Origin: an uncultured Loktanella sp.
Lineage (GTDB): Bacteria; Pseudomonadota; Alphaproteobacteria; Rhodobacterales; Rhodobacteraceae
NCBI GenBank assembly: GCA_937132065.1
Contig: CAKZNT010000015.1
Span: forward strand, 2,094 to 66,093
DNA: 64,000 nt
Reading direction: 5' to 3'
The first letter of the stretch is position 1, and each line of letters starts with the position of its first letter. Made by a program: the position numbers and the translations under genes. Positions 1-8,767 of the stretch are shown one piece after another. The notes below the pieces were generated by a model, which saw only the letters and a list, made by a program, of their open reading frames with translations, searched no databases and was not told the DNA's origin.

Positions 1-87
1 GCCTGTCAGCTCGCAAGCCGCCTCGATACCGACGTCTTTAACAAGCGCCTCAGTGTGCTTTTTCAGATAGCTACCGTAACCGGCCAT
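1..87 (-). CDS. 5' fragment of a hypothetical protein running off the window (MAGYGSYLKKHTEALVKDVGIEAACELTG...), possibly HTH-containing
   Basis: Open frame from ATG at 87 to the window edge, read manually; not in the ORF track because it is truncated. Confidence 0.6.
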   Translation of the reverse strand, partial: MAGYGSYLKKHTEALVKDVGIEAACELTG

Positions 88-406
88 GTGCGCTCCTAAC
101 CCTGTGCCCCGCCTGTTACGGGGAAAACTCTTACACTCTTCCCATTAGTGGCATGGGCAAAGTTTGTCATTGTTAAAACAGTCTCTTGTATAGGGACATT
201 AACCAGTAGATGCCAACATGCATCGCAGACCCAAGTAAGGTGTGTGCACATTTTGTGTCACTGGCTCCCTCGATCCAGATCACAGTGCGCCACCCCATGT
301 GTATGTAACCAGTTTCTTGCGGGACTGAGTGTTTACTCAATGTGTTGGTTGTTAATCCTGTGGGGTGGTCTTGCCAAAGATCGCCCCGCAGCGATATGAC
401 CCCGAT

Positions 407-991
407 ATGGCAAAGCTATATTTCAATTACTCGACCATGAACGCGGGCAAATCGACCGTGCTTTTGCAGGCGTCCCACAACTATATCGAACGCGGGATGC
501 AGACCTATCTGATAATCGCGCAGTTCGACAAGCGCGCGGGCGAAGGGCGCATCGGCAGCCGTATCGGCATCGGCGCGGACGCGGACACTTTTGCCGCTGG
601 CGAAGACCTGTTCACCAAGATCAAGGCCCGCTTGGACGCTGGTCCCTGTGCCTGTGTTTTCATCGACGAGGCGCAATTCCTGTCCGAGACCCAAGTCTGG
701 CAACTGGCACGTGCGGTCGATGACCTCGGCGTGCCGATCATGTGCTTTGGGCTGCGGGTCGATTTTCAAGGCAAGCTGTTCCCGGGCTCGGCTGCCTTGC
801 TGGCGCTGGCGGACGAAATGCGCGAGGTCCGCACGATCTGTCACTGCGGCAAAAAGGCGTCGATGGTTGTGCGCAAAGACGCGGACGGCACGGTGCTAAC
901 CTCTGGCGATCAGGTCGCGGTGGGCGGCAACGAGCGCTATGTATCGCTGTGCCGCCGTCATTGGCGCGAGGCCGTGGGCGACAGTGCCTAG
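407..991 (+). CDS. tdk: Thymidine kinase
   Basis: YSTMNAGKST P-loop, FIDEAQF, GLRVDF, C-x-C...C-R Zn motif; start moved to MAKLYF. Confidence 0.95.
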   Translation: MAKLYFNYSTMNAGKSTVLLQASHNYIERGMQTYLIIAQFDKRAGEGRIGSRIGIGADADTFAAGEDLFTKIKARLDAGPCACVFIDEAQFLSETQVWQLARAVDDLGVPIMCFGLRVDFQGKLFPGSAALLALADEMREVRTICHCGKKASMVVRKDADGTVLTSGDQVAVGGNERYVSLCRRHWREAVGDSA

Positions 992-1938
992 TTGACCAGT
1001 TCGGGCAATGGCATGCCCTCGTCCCACGCGATCAGATTATCAAGCGCCTTTTGCCCCATCGCCTCGCGCACCTCTAACGCCGCCGTGCCCAGATGTGGCA
1101 AGAGCACCACGTTTTCAAGGTCGCGCAACTCTTGGGGCACAAGCGGTTCGCGCGCATAGACATCCAAGCCAGCCGCCGCAATCCGCCCCGCAGCCAAGGC
1201 CTCGGTCAGCGCGGTTTCGTCCACAACGTCACCGCGCGCCACATTCACAAAAACTGCGGTTTCTTGCATTTCGGCAATCATATCGGCGTCAATCATGTTG
1301 GTATTTGCGCCGCCACCTGGAACGGTCACCACGATGATATCCGCTTGGCTCATCAACCCGCTGAGGGTTTCAACCTGCCTTGAGGGCACATCAACCTCTT
1401 TTTCGGAGCGGTTGAAATAAATGACAGGCATGTCAAATCCGTAGTGACACCGCTTGGCAACGGCCTGCCCGATCCGCCCCATGCCGACGATCCCGACCCG
1501 CTTGCCTGTCACATGTGTGCCAAGCATTTGTGTCGGTTGCCAGCCAAGCCATTGCCCCGAGCGCAGCAACCGCTCGCCCTCGCCCGCCCGTCGGCAAGCC
1601 GCCAAGATAAGGGTCATCGCGATGTCGGCCGTGGCGTCCGTAACCACGTCAGGCGTGTTCGAGACCGAGACCCCCGCCTTGCGCGCCGCATCCGTATCAA
1701 TGTGGTTATACCCAACGCCAAAATTGGCCAGTACCTTGCAGCGCACAGCGCCCGCAAAGGCCTCTGCCGTGAACTGGTCCCCCAAGGTGGGCAAGATCAC
1801 GTCATAGGTCGCAAGCGCGTCCGCAGCCTCGTCGGGCATCATGCCGACCGTGCTTGTCCGCAATGTCACATCAAACCGCTCGCGCGCCGCTCCAATGGTG
1901 GCTTCTGGCATGTCGCGGGTAATCAGTAGCGTTTTCAA
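988..1938 (-). CDS. D-isomer-specific 2-hydroxyacid dehydrogenase (glyoxylate/hydroxypyruvate reductase type)
   Basis: GIVGMGRIG Rossmann motif, NVARG, GLDV, PHLG. Confidence 0.9.
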   Translation of the reverse strand: MKTLLITRDMPEATIGAARERFDVTLRTSTVGMMPDEAADALATYDVILPTLGDQFTAEAFAGAVRCKVLANFGVGYNHIDTDAARKAGVSVSNTPDVVTDATADIAMTLILAACRRAGEGERLLRSGQWLGWQPTQMLGTHVTGKRVGIVGMGRIGQAVAKRCHYGFDMPVIYFNRSEKEVDVPSRQVETLSGLMSQADIIVVTVPGGGANTNMIDADMIAEMQETAVFVNVARGDVVDETALTEALAAGRIAAAGLDVYAREPLVPQELRDLENVVLLPHLGTAALEVREAMGQKALDNLIAWDEGMPLPELVN

Positions 1939-2273
1939 TGTAGGCGCCCTCCACTTGGCACGTCTTGATCAGGCGCCGCCAAAACGATCGCCCCTTCTGC
2001 ATCTGGAAAGCCGAGCACAAGCACCTCGGACATGAATTTACCGATCTGGCGGGGTGGAAAGTTGACCACGGCCATCACCTGCCGCCCGATGAGCATTTCA
2101 GGGGTATAATGCACGGTTACCTGCGCAGACGTCTTGCGCTCGCCGATCTCGTCGCCAAAATCGACCCACATTTTGATCGCGGGGTTTCGCGCCTCGGGGA
2201 AGGCTTCGGCACGCACAACACGGCCCACGCGCACATCTACCTTTAGAAAGTCGTCAAATCCAATCTTATCCAC
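1935..2273 (-). CDS. csaA: CsaA / tRNA-binding OB-fold protein
   Basis: FDDFLKVDVRVG, VVNFPPRQIG, SEVLVLG; GTG start overlaps the proC stop. Confidence 0.9.
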   Translation of the reverse strand: MDKIGFDDFLKVDVRVGRVVRAEAFPEARNPAIKMWVDFGDEIGERKTSAQVTVHYTPEMLIGRQVMAVVNFPPRQIGKFMSEVLVLGFPDAEGAIVLAAPDQDVPSGGRLH

Positions 2274-3081
2274 GGGCCAGTTCCTTTGATCTGTCAGTCG
2301 CCGCTTTGACCGCGCGCGCAAGGAGCGGCGGGAAGCCTTGCCCCTCGTCCATCAGCACCTCAAGCGCCGCTTGGGTTGTGCCATTTGGCGAGGTGACGTT
2401 GACGCGGAGCTGGCCGGGGTCTTCGTCAGCAGCTTCGGCCAACGCACCCGCCCCAGCAACGGTAGCCTTCGCCAATTGCATCGCCATGTCAGCAGGCAGA
2501 CCTTGCGCCACACCCGCCGCCGCCATCGCTTCAATCAGATGGAATACATAGGCAGGCCCAGATCCCGACACGCCCGTCACAGCATCAATCTGGCTTTCGC
2601 TTTCCAGATGCACCACCTGCCCGACCGCCGACAATAGCGCATCGGCAAGGGACATATGGCCCCGCGTGGCCATTTCATTGCCAACAATCGCCGAAATCCC
2701 CTTTGCAATCGCGGCGGGGGTATTCGGCATGGCACGGATAATGGGTGTCTTATCCCCCAACACCTCTTCGAACTTGGCAATCGGCGTGCCCGCAGCAACC
2801 GACACAAATAGCGTCGCGCCATTGCCCAGCGCCTGCATAGATGGCAAAGCATCCCCCATCATCTGCGGCTTGACCGCGACCAGAACAATCGCAGGATCAG
2901 CAGGCACACCTTCATTCAGATGAACTCCCGTCGCCTGCAACCAGTCCGACGGATTGGGGTCCAGCACCCACACCGAAGCCGTCGGCAATCCACCCTCCAG
3001 CCAGCCCGCCAACATGGCAGATCCCATCTTACCACAGCCTAACAACACAAGCCCACGTGCGGCCACATCGTCCATCTTCAT
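2266..3081 (-). CDS. proC: Pyrroline-5-carboxylate reductase
   Basis: GCGKMG, RAMPNTP, SGSGPAY, VTSPNGTT motifs; start moved to MKMDD. Confidence 0.95.
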   Translation of the reverse strand: MKMDDVAARGLVLLGCGKMGSAMLAGWLEGGLPTASVWVLDPNPSDWLQATGVHLNEGVPADPAIVLVAVKPQMMGDALPSMQALGNGATLFVSVAAGTPIAKFEEVLGDKTPIIRAMPNTPAAIAKGISAIVGNEMATRGHMSLADALLSAVGQVVHLESESQIDAVTGVSGSGPAYVFHLIEAMAAAGVAQGLPADMAMQLAKATVAGAGALAEAADEDPGQLRVNVTSPNGTTQAALEVLMDEGQGFPPLLARAVKAATDRSKELARG

Positions 3082-3122
3082 GAAATCACCTTCTTCTTCC
3101 GAGTAGAAATATGCTGGGGGGT

Positions 3123-3167
3123 CCGGGGGGCTAGCCCCCCGGCGTGGCGATTTGGGCAAAGCCCAAA
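3123..3167. repeat. Perfect 20-bp palindrome CCGGGGGGCTAGCCCCCCGG plus hairpin TTTGGGC-AAA-GCCCAAA
   Basis: Read directly at 3123-3142 and 3151-3167, between ybjN and proC. Confidence 0.8.
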
Positions 3168-3174
3168 GCGCAAA

Positions 3175-3678
3175 TCACGCGCGACCGTAAGCGCCACCAA
3201 TCGCCACCTGCACGGCATCCGCTGGCGTGCGGTCCGCCCAAGTCACCAACTGGATCGCGGGGTAATACTGCTCGCAGGCCGCAACAGCCGCATTGATCAT
3301 CGTATCGACCTGATCAGGACCAGCCACCTGATCCCCCGCAAGCACAAGCCCATAGCGGTAAACCATCATCTTCTGCTCGTCCCACCACGTGAACGATCCC
3401 GCCCAAAGGCGATCGTTAATCGTGTTCAATGTCTCGTAAAGGGCTGGCATCCGCGCGTTTGGCGGCTCCATTTCGAACGTGCAGATCAGGCGAAGCGTCT
3501 GGTCATAGGCAGACCACGCCAACGTAATCGCATAGTTACGCCACTGTCCTTCAACGGCCATCGCGATTTGATCGTCATGAATACGGTCAAATTCCCAAGC
3601 GTGATGCTCGGCGATATGCTCAACCAAATCAATGGGATGCAAGTCCTCAGCGGACTCAAAGTGCTCAGACAGCGACAT
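3175..3678 (-). CDS. YbjN/DUF1790-family protein
   Basis: HPIDLVEHIA...WEFDR...AVEGQWRNY signature; 167 aa upstream of proC. Confidence 0.8.
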   Translation of the reverse strand: MSLSEHFESAEDLHPIDLVEHIAEHHAWEFDRIHDDQIAMAVEGQWRNYAITLAWSAYDQTLRLICTFEMEPPNARMPALYETLNTINDRLWAGSFTWWDEQKMMVYRYGLVLAGDQVAGPDQVDTMINAAVAACEQYYPAIQLVTWADRTPADAVQVAIGGAYGRA

Positions 3679-3757
3679 TTCTCGGCCTCTTTTTTATAAC
3701 GTCAGACCACCGGGCAGATCGGTGCTAAGACTAGTTGGCTGCTCTAGGAACGGTATA

Positions 3758-3772
3758 GTTCTCATGATGTTC
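3758..3772. promoter_or_regulatory. Alphaproteobacterial LexA (SOS) box GTTC-N7-GTTC
   Basis: GTTCtcatgatGTTC, an exact consensus match 80 bp upstream of the ybjN start. Confidence 0.6.
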
Positions 3773-3820
3773 CTACCGCATATGGTGCAGGGTCACCCCC
3801 CCTGCTGTAAAGCAATTTCT

Positions 3821-3860
3821 TGGGGATAAGTCGGCATTCGGGCAAATTACATGTGGATAA
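3821..3860. promoter_or_regulatory. Two co-oriented DnaA-box-like 9-mers
   Basis: TGTGGATAA (reverse of TTATCCACA) at 3852-3860; TGGGGATAA (1 mismatch) at 3821-3829. Confidence 0.4.
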
Positions 3861-3917
3861 CCATCTGTTTGCCTTCTGCCAAACAGCGCCGCAATATGCG
3901 CGCAAAAGGAGAAATTC

Positions 3918-4952
3918 ATGAACACTGATTTACTTAAGCGACTATGCGAGACGGCGGGTGTGCCCGGAAACGAGCACCGCGTTCGCGATCTGATCCTGTC
4001 GGAAATCGACGGGTTGTTTGACGAGGTCACCACCGATCCGATGGGCTCGCTTTTGTGCAAACGCAAGGCCGACCGCGCTGATGCGCCCAAGGTTATGTTG
4101 CTGTGTCATATGGATGAAATCGGGTTTCTTGTCAGCCACATCAGCAAGGACGGCTACCTTTATATGCAGCCTGTTGGCGGCTTTGACCCGCGCAACCTGT
4201 TTTCACGCCGCGTAAAGGTTTGCACTGACGACGGCGACTTTAAGGGTGTCATGAATCCGGGCGGCAAGCCGATCCATATCTCCTCCGCAGAGGATCGTAA
4301 AAAGATACCCGAAGTCGGTGAATTCTTTGTTGATCTCGGGATGGGCAAAAAATCTCATGACCACATCAAAGTCGGTGATTTTGTCGTAATGGACGAGCCG
4401 TTTTTGGAAATGGGCGACAAGTTTGTGTCCAAGGCGCTTGATAACCGCGTGGCCTGCTGGCTTGGCATCGAGGCGATCCGTGCCTTGGCCGATCAGGGGC
4501 GCGGGGCAGAAATCCACGTGGTCTTTACCACTCAGGAAGAGGTCGGCTTGCGCGGTGCGCGCACATCCGCATTCAAGATCCAGCCTGACATCGGGATCGG
4601 TATTGATACGACCCTCTCTTGCGACACGCCCGGTATTCCCGACAAGGATGCGACAACCGTGCAAGGCGCGGGCTTTGGCCTGCATGTGCGTGACAGCTCG
4701 TTCATCGCCGATCGTGATCTGGTCAAGCAAATCGAGGCGGTCGCGATTGAAAACGACATCCCCTACCAGCGCACTATGCTCGCCGCAGGTGGTCAGGATG
4801 GCGCCGCCGCCCAACAGGCCGCCGCAGGCGCACGCGCCGTCGGGATCGTGGTTGGCACACGCTACATTCACACTGTGACAGAGATGGTGGCGCAGTCCGA
4901 CCTTGCGGCCGCGCGCGATATTCTCGTGGCCTATCTCGCCACGTTCAAGTGA
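3918..4952 (+). CDS. M42-family (TET-like) metallo-aminopeptidase
   Basis: CHMDEIG, ALDNR, QEEVGLRGA, GIDTT, RYIH metal-ligand motifs. Confidence 0.9.
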   Translation: MNTDLLKRLCETAGVPGNEHRVRDLILSEIDGLFDEVTTDPMGSLLCKRKADRADAPKVMLLCHMDEIGFLVSHISKDGYLYMQPVGGFDPRNLFSRRVKVCTDDGDFKGVMNPGGKPIHISSAEDRKKIPEVGEFFVDLGMGKKSHDHIKVGDFVVMDEPFLEMGDKFVSKALDNRVACWLGIEAIRALADQGRGAEIHVVFTTQEEVGLRGARTSAFKIQPDIGIGIDTTLSCDTPGIPDKDATTVQGAGFGLHVRDSSFIADRDLVKQIEAVAIENDIPYQRTMLAAGGQDGAAAQQAAAGARAVGIVVGTRYIHTVTEMVAQSDLAAARDILVAYLATFK

Positions 4953-5001
4953 TCATCCCCTGCCCGCCATTGGATTAACTCTTTGGCGGGCGGGCATCGC
5001 A

Positions 5002-5244
5002 TTATTTCTTGGCTTCAAGCGCCTCGATCCGCGCCAGCAATGATGCGTTCTCTTCGCGGGCCTTTTGCGCCATCGCGCGCACCGCATCAAACTCTTCGCG
5101 GGTCACAAGATCGCGATCAGCCAGCCAGCGGTCCATCATGCCGCCCATCGCAGTGCTTGCCTCGTCTTTCGCGCCTTGCGCCACGCCCATAGCGTTCGTC
5201 ATCAAGGCACTGATGTCGTCGAGAATTTTGTTCTTGGTCTGCAT
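5002..5244 (-). CDS. ubiK: UbiK / BMFP accessory factor (DUF526)
   Basis: LDLVTREEF-like DLVTREEFDAVR motif with a C-terminal coiled coil. Confidence 0.85.
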   Translation of the reverse strand: MQTKNKILDDISALMTNAMGVAQGAKDEASTAMGGMMDRWLADRDLVTREEFDAVRAMAQKAREENASLLARIEALEAKK

Positions 5245-5339
5245 TGCAGTCTCCGATTTCTATCTGCTCCCTATATGGGGTCGCCCCGGCGCGCGTGCAA
5301 GCAGTTGACTTCCCCTGCGGGTTTCTCAAGGTAGGCGAC

Positions 5340-6221
5340 ATGATAGCAGCCCTTACATTCCCCGACATCTCATCCGAGATTTTCGCCATTGACCTCTTCG
5401 GGTTTCACCTCGCGCTCCGCTGGTATGCGATGGGGTATATCGTCGGTATCGCCCTTGGCTGGCAGTTGCTCAAAGCGGCGCTAAACCGTGATCATATCTG
5501 GCAAGGCGGCGCACCGATGACGGCGGCAAAGCTTGACGACCTGCTCACCTATATCGTGATCGGTGTCATCGCGGGCGGGCGGCTTGGCTATGTGCTCTTT
5601 TATAAACCTGCCTATTATCTGGCGAACCCAATCGAAATTCCGCAAATCTGGACGGGGGGCATGTCGTTTCACGGCGGCTTTATCGGGGTGATCGTCGCGG
5701 TCTATATCTTTAGCCTGCGCCACAAGGTCCAGCTTTCCAAACTTGCAGACGGCATTGCCCTTGCGGCGCCACCGGCAATTTTCCTCGTGCGGATCGCCAA
5801 CTTTATCAACGCCGAGCTTTGGGGTCGTCAGACCGATCTCCCGTGGGGGGTGATTTTCCCAACCGAGGCCGCGCAGACCTGTGCCACCGCCGCCGCGGGC
5901 CTTTGCGCGCGCCACCCCTCCCAGCTATATGAGGCGACCCTCGAGGGGCTGCTGCTGGGCACACTCCTGTTCCTCCTCGCGTTCCGCTGGGGCGGGCTCA
6001 AGAAGCCTTGGCTGCTGACAGGTGTCTTCTTTACGGGCTACGGTATCGCGCGATTCGTGATTGAATTTGTGCGCCAGCCCGACGCGCAATTCGTGACTGA
6101 GGGCAATCCGCTTGGGCTTGCCTACCAGATCGACGGCTATGGCCTCACGATGGGGCAAACCCTGACGTTGCCGATGATCCTGATCGGGCTGGCCGTTATC
6201 CGCTGGGCCGCGAAAAAGTGA
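5340..6221 (+). CDS. lgt: Prolipoprotein diacylglyceryl transferase
   Basis: GGMSFHGG, RIANFINAELWGR, HPSQLYEA; start moved to MIAAL. Confidence 0.95.
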   Translation: MIAALTFPDISSEIFAIDLFGFHLALRWYAMGYIVGIALGWQLLKAALNRDHIWQGGAPMTAAKLDDLLTYIVIGVIAGGRLGYVLFYKPAYYLANPIEIPQIWTGGMSFHGGFIGVIVAVYIFSLRHKVQLSKLADGIALAAPPAIFLVRIANFINAELWGRQTDLPWGVIFPTEAAQTCATAAAGLCARHPSQLYEATLEGLLLGTLLFLLAFRWGGLKKPWLLTGVFFTGYGIARFVIEFVRQPDAQFVTEGNPLGLAYQIDGYGLTMGQTLTLPMILIGLAVIRWAAKK

Positions 6222-7270
6222 CGCCTCTGCATGCCCTTCTGGCCCAGCGCATTAGCGCGACAGGCCCGATCAGCCTTGCCGACTACATGGCCGATTGCCT
6301 GATGCACCCGCAATTTGGCTACTACGCCACCCGTGATCCGTTCGGGGCCAGCGGCGATTTTACCACTGCGCCCGAGATCAGCCAGATGTTTGGCGAGCTG
6401 ATCGGGCTTTGCCTTGCGCAAACATGGCTTGATCAAGGGGCGCCTGCGCAGATCACGTTGGCCGAAATCGGACCGGGGCGCGGCACACTCATGGCGGATG
6501 CACTGCGCGCGACAAAGGGGGTCGCGGGGTTTCACGCGGCGCTGTCGGTGCACTTCATCGAGACCTCGCCCACATTGCGCAAACGCCAAGCACAATCCGT
6601 AAAGGGCGCCACTTGGCACGATGACATCAGCACCCTGCCCGATGCGCCGCTCTATCTGGTCGCAAACGAGTTCTTTGACGCGCTGCCCATCCGCCAGTTC
6701 ACCCGCGACGAAGGGGGCTGGCGCGAACATATGGTCGGGCTAGAGGGGGATAACCTTGTGCTCGGGCTGTCGGCTGCCGCACCGATTGACCTGCTGGCGC
6801 ATCGGCTCGCGGATACCAAAACCGGCGACATCGTTGAACATTGCCCTGCCCTTGCCAGTATCGTCAGCACGATGAGCGCACAGATCGAGGCACGTGGCGG
6901 TGTCGCGCTGATCCTCGACTACGGCGACTGGCGCTCCTTGGGCGACACATTGCAAGCCTTGCAAAACCACGAGGCTGCCAACCCGTTTGCGAATGCAGGC
7001 TTGGCTGATCTGACTGCGCACGTTGATTTCGAAGCGATTGCCAAGGCGGCCACCCGGATGACCAAGGTGACACCGCAAGGCGTCTTTCTGGAACGGCTCG
7101 GGATCACGGCGCGCGCGCAGGCCTTGGCGCGGGGCTTGACCGACACGGCCCTCGAGGCGCACATTCACGCACATTGGCGATTAACACATCCAGACGCGAT
7201 GGGGGCATTGTTCAAGGTAATCGGACTTTTCCCCTCGACCAGCACACCACCTGCGGGATTAGAGATATGA
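6218..7270 (+). CDS. SAM-dependent methyltransferase, NDUFAF7/MidA (DUF185) family
   Basis: GDFTTAPEISQMFGE, EIGPGRG, ANEFFDALP, DLTAHVDF. Confidence 0.9.
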   Translation: MTPLHALLAQRISATGPISLADYMADCLMHPQFGYYATRDPFGASGDFTTAPEISQMFGELIGLCLAQTWLDQGAPAQITLAEIGPGRGTLMADALRATKGVAGFHAALSVHFIETSPTLRKRQAQSVKGATWHDDISTLPDAPLYLVANEFFDALPIRQFTRDEGGWREHMVGLEGDNLVLGLSAAAPIDLLAHRLADTKTGDIVEHCPALASIVSTMSAQIEARGGVALILDYGDWRSLGDTLQALQNHEAANPFANAGLADLTAHVDFEAIAKAATRMTKVTPQGVFLERLGITARAQALARGLTDTALEAHIHAHWRLTHPDAMGALFKVIGLFPSTSTPPAGLEI

Positions 7271-8022
7271 CACTCGATATTATCACCCATGATCTGCTAG
7301 ACGGCGTGGCCCACGGATTTTTCACACGGGTTGGCGGCGCGTCCTCGGGGGTCTTTGATGGGCTAAACTGCGGCTTTGGCAGCAGCGACCAACATGACAT
7401 TGTGGCGATCAACCGCGCGCGGGTCGCGGGGGCAATGGATGTTGAGTCCACCAGTTTGATGGGGGTGCACCAGATCCATTCGGCGGATGTGGTTACCGTA
7501 ACGCAAGCCAGCGCAGACAAGCCAAAGGCAGACGCCCTTGTGACGGCAACCAAGGGCATCGCGCTCTCGGTGCTCACGGCGGATTGCCAACCCGTGCTAT
7601 TCGCCGACCGCGAGGCGGGCGTGATCGGGGCGGCCCATGCAGGCTGGCAAGGGGCGCTGAATGGCGTTCTAGATGCAACAATCGACGCAATGGTTGATCT
7701 GGGTGCAAACCGCGCGGCAATCGTGGCAGTGATCGGGCCGTCGATCAGCCAAAAGGCCTATGAGGTCGGACCAGAGTTCGCAGAGCGGTTTATCGACGAG
7801 GATCACGCCAACGCACGCTTCTTTGCAAACGGGACAGGCGAAAAGATGCAGTTCGACCTGCCTGCCTTTGGCTTGGCGCGATTGCGCGATGCGGGGATCA
7901 AAGACGCGGCATGGACGCGGCACTGCACCTATAGCGATCCTGCGCGATTCTATAGCTATCGGCGCAGCTGCCACGTTAAAGAGGCCGACTACGGGCGGTT
8001 GATTGCGGCAATCAGGCTCTGA
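7267..8022 (+). CDS. pgeF: PgeF/YfiH peptidoglycan editing factor (purine nucleoside phosphorylase-like)
   Basis: HGFFTR, QIHSA, TADCQP, AHAGWQG, FYSYRR. Confidence 0.9.
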   Translation: MTLDIITHDLLDGVAHGFFTRVGGASSGVFDGLNCGFGSSDQHDIVAINRARVAGAMDVESTSLMGVHQIHSADVVTVTQASADKPKADALVTATKGIALSVLTADCQPVLFADREAGVIGAAHAGWQGALNGVLDATIDAMVDLGANRAAIVAVIGPSISQKAYEVGPEFAERFIDEDHANARFFANGTGEKMQFDLPAFGLARLRDAGIKDAAWTRHCTYSDPARFYSYRRSCHVKEADYGRLIAAIRL

Positions 8023-8267
8023 CTTGGGCGACAATGGGGCGGGTTCGCGCCTCATTTGCCGAAACAATCACGCTCAATTTGACCCGATTGTTTTTGCTAT
8101 CGCCCCAAAACCCATATTTTCTTAGCGTTTCCCAATCGGAAACAATGTGGCAATAATTTCTGAACAATTTTCGTAAAAACTGTTTTGCCGCCAAATTCCT
8201 GCCGTGCTCACCCAGCAATATGATCCCAACGCCGCCAATCAAGACGGCAAACATGAGGAAGAAAACT

Positions 8268-8456
8268 ATGGGTTCGAGCAAGCGTTGGATCGACAGCACG
8301 ATCGAAGAAGCAAACAAATGTGAAACGAAAATGCCATGGGAACGTGGGGCGCAACGCCAAGCCATGATCGCACGGCGCCTTGAGCAATCAGACCGTCAGG
8401 CAAAGGTATCCCTCCCGCCGATGCCTGCCTTCATGACAATGGCCGTAGGCGCCTAA
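8268..8456 (+). CDS. 62-aa hypothetical small protein (MGSSKRWIDS...MPWERGAQRQAMIARR...)
   Basis: GAGGAAG SD before ATG 8268; followed by an intrinsic terminator. Confidence 0.7.
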   Translation: MGSSKRWIDSTIEEANKCETKMPWERGAQRQAMIARRLEQSDRQAKVSLPPMPAFMTMAVGA

Positions 8457-8503
8457 GTCAGCACTACTTTGGCCCTCGTGGCCCGCTTCCCAAGAGCGCT
8501 AAG

Positions 8504-8534
8504 AACCGTGTGGTCCTCCCCCGCACGGTTTTTT
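8504..8534 (+). terminator. Intrinsic terminator with a TCCTCCC loop
   Basis: AACCGTGTGG-tcctccc-CCGCACGGTT followed by TTTT. Confidence 0.75.
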
Positions 8535-8616
8535 GCTGTCTTGGCCGTCACGATTCGGCGCTGATTCTGCTGAAATGTGGCAGGTTTCTCCACGCCCAGT
8601 GAACAATCCCTTGGCA

Positions 8617-8653
8617 TTAACCATGATTGGTGCAGGTTTTGGACCGTTAACCA
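8617..8653 (+). promoter_or_regulatory. Two CtrA-type half-sites
   Basis: TTAACCAT 8617-8624 and TTAACCA 8647-8653, 30 bp apart, upstream of the Hint gene. Confidence 0.5.
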
Positions 8654-8767
8654 AAACTCTTTGACAGGGCCGCCACCTTTGCGCCACATTCACTTCAACA
8701 GCAATCATCTCCTCAGATGTTGTCGGTGGGGCCGACAGATGATGTGACAAACCGAATGGTGAGACAC

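Noticed and set aside
148-399. 83-aa ORF upstream of tdk
   Set aside because: GTG start, atypical composition and no motif; lies in a likely promoter region.
3679-3917. Replication origin in the DnaA-box-containing intergenic region
   Set aside because: Only two boxes, short region, no clear DUE and no origin-linked genes.
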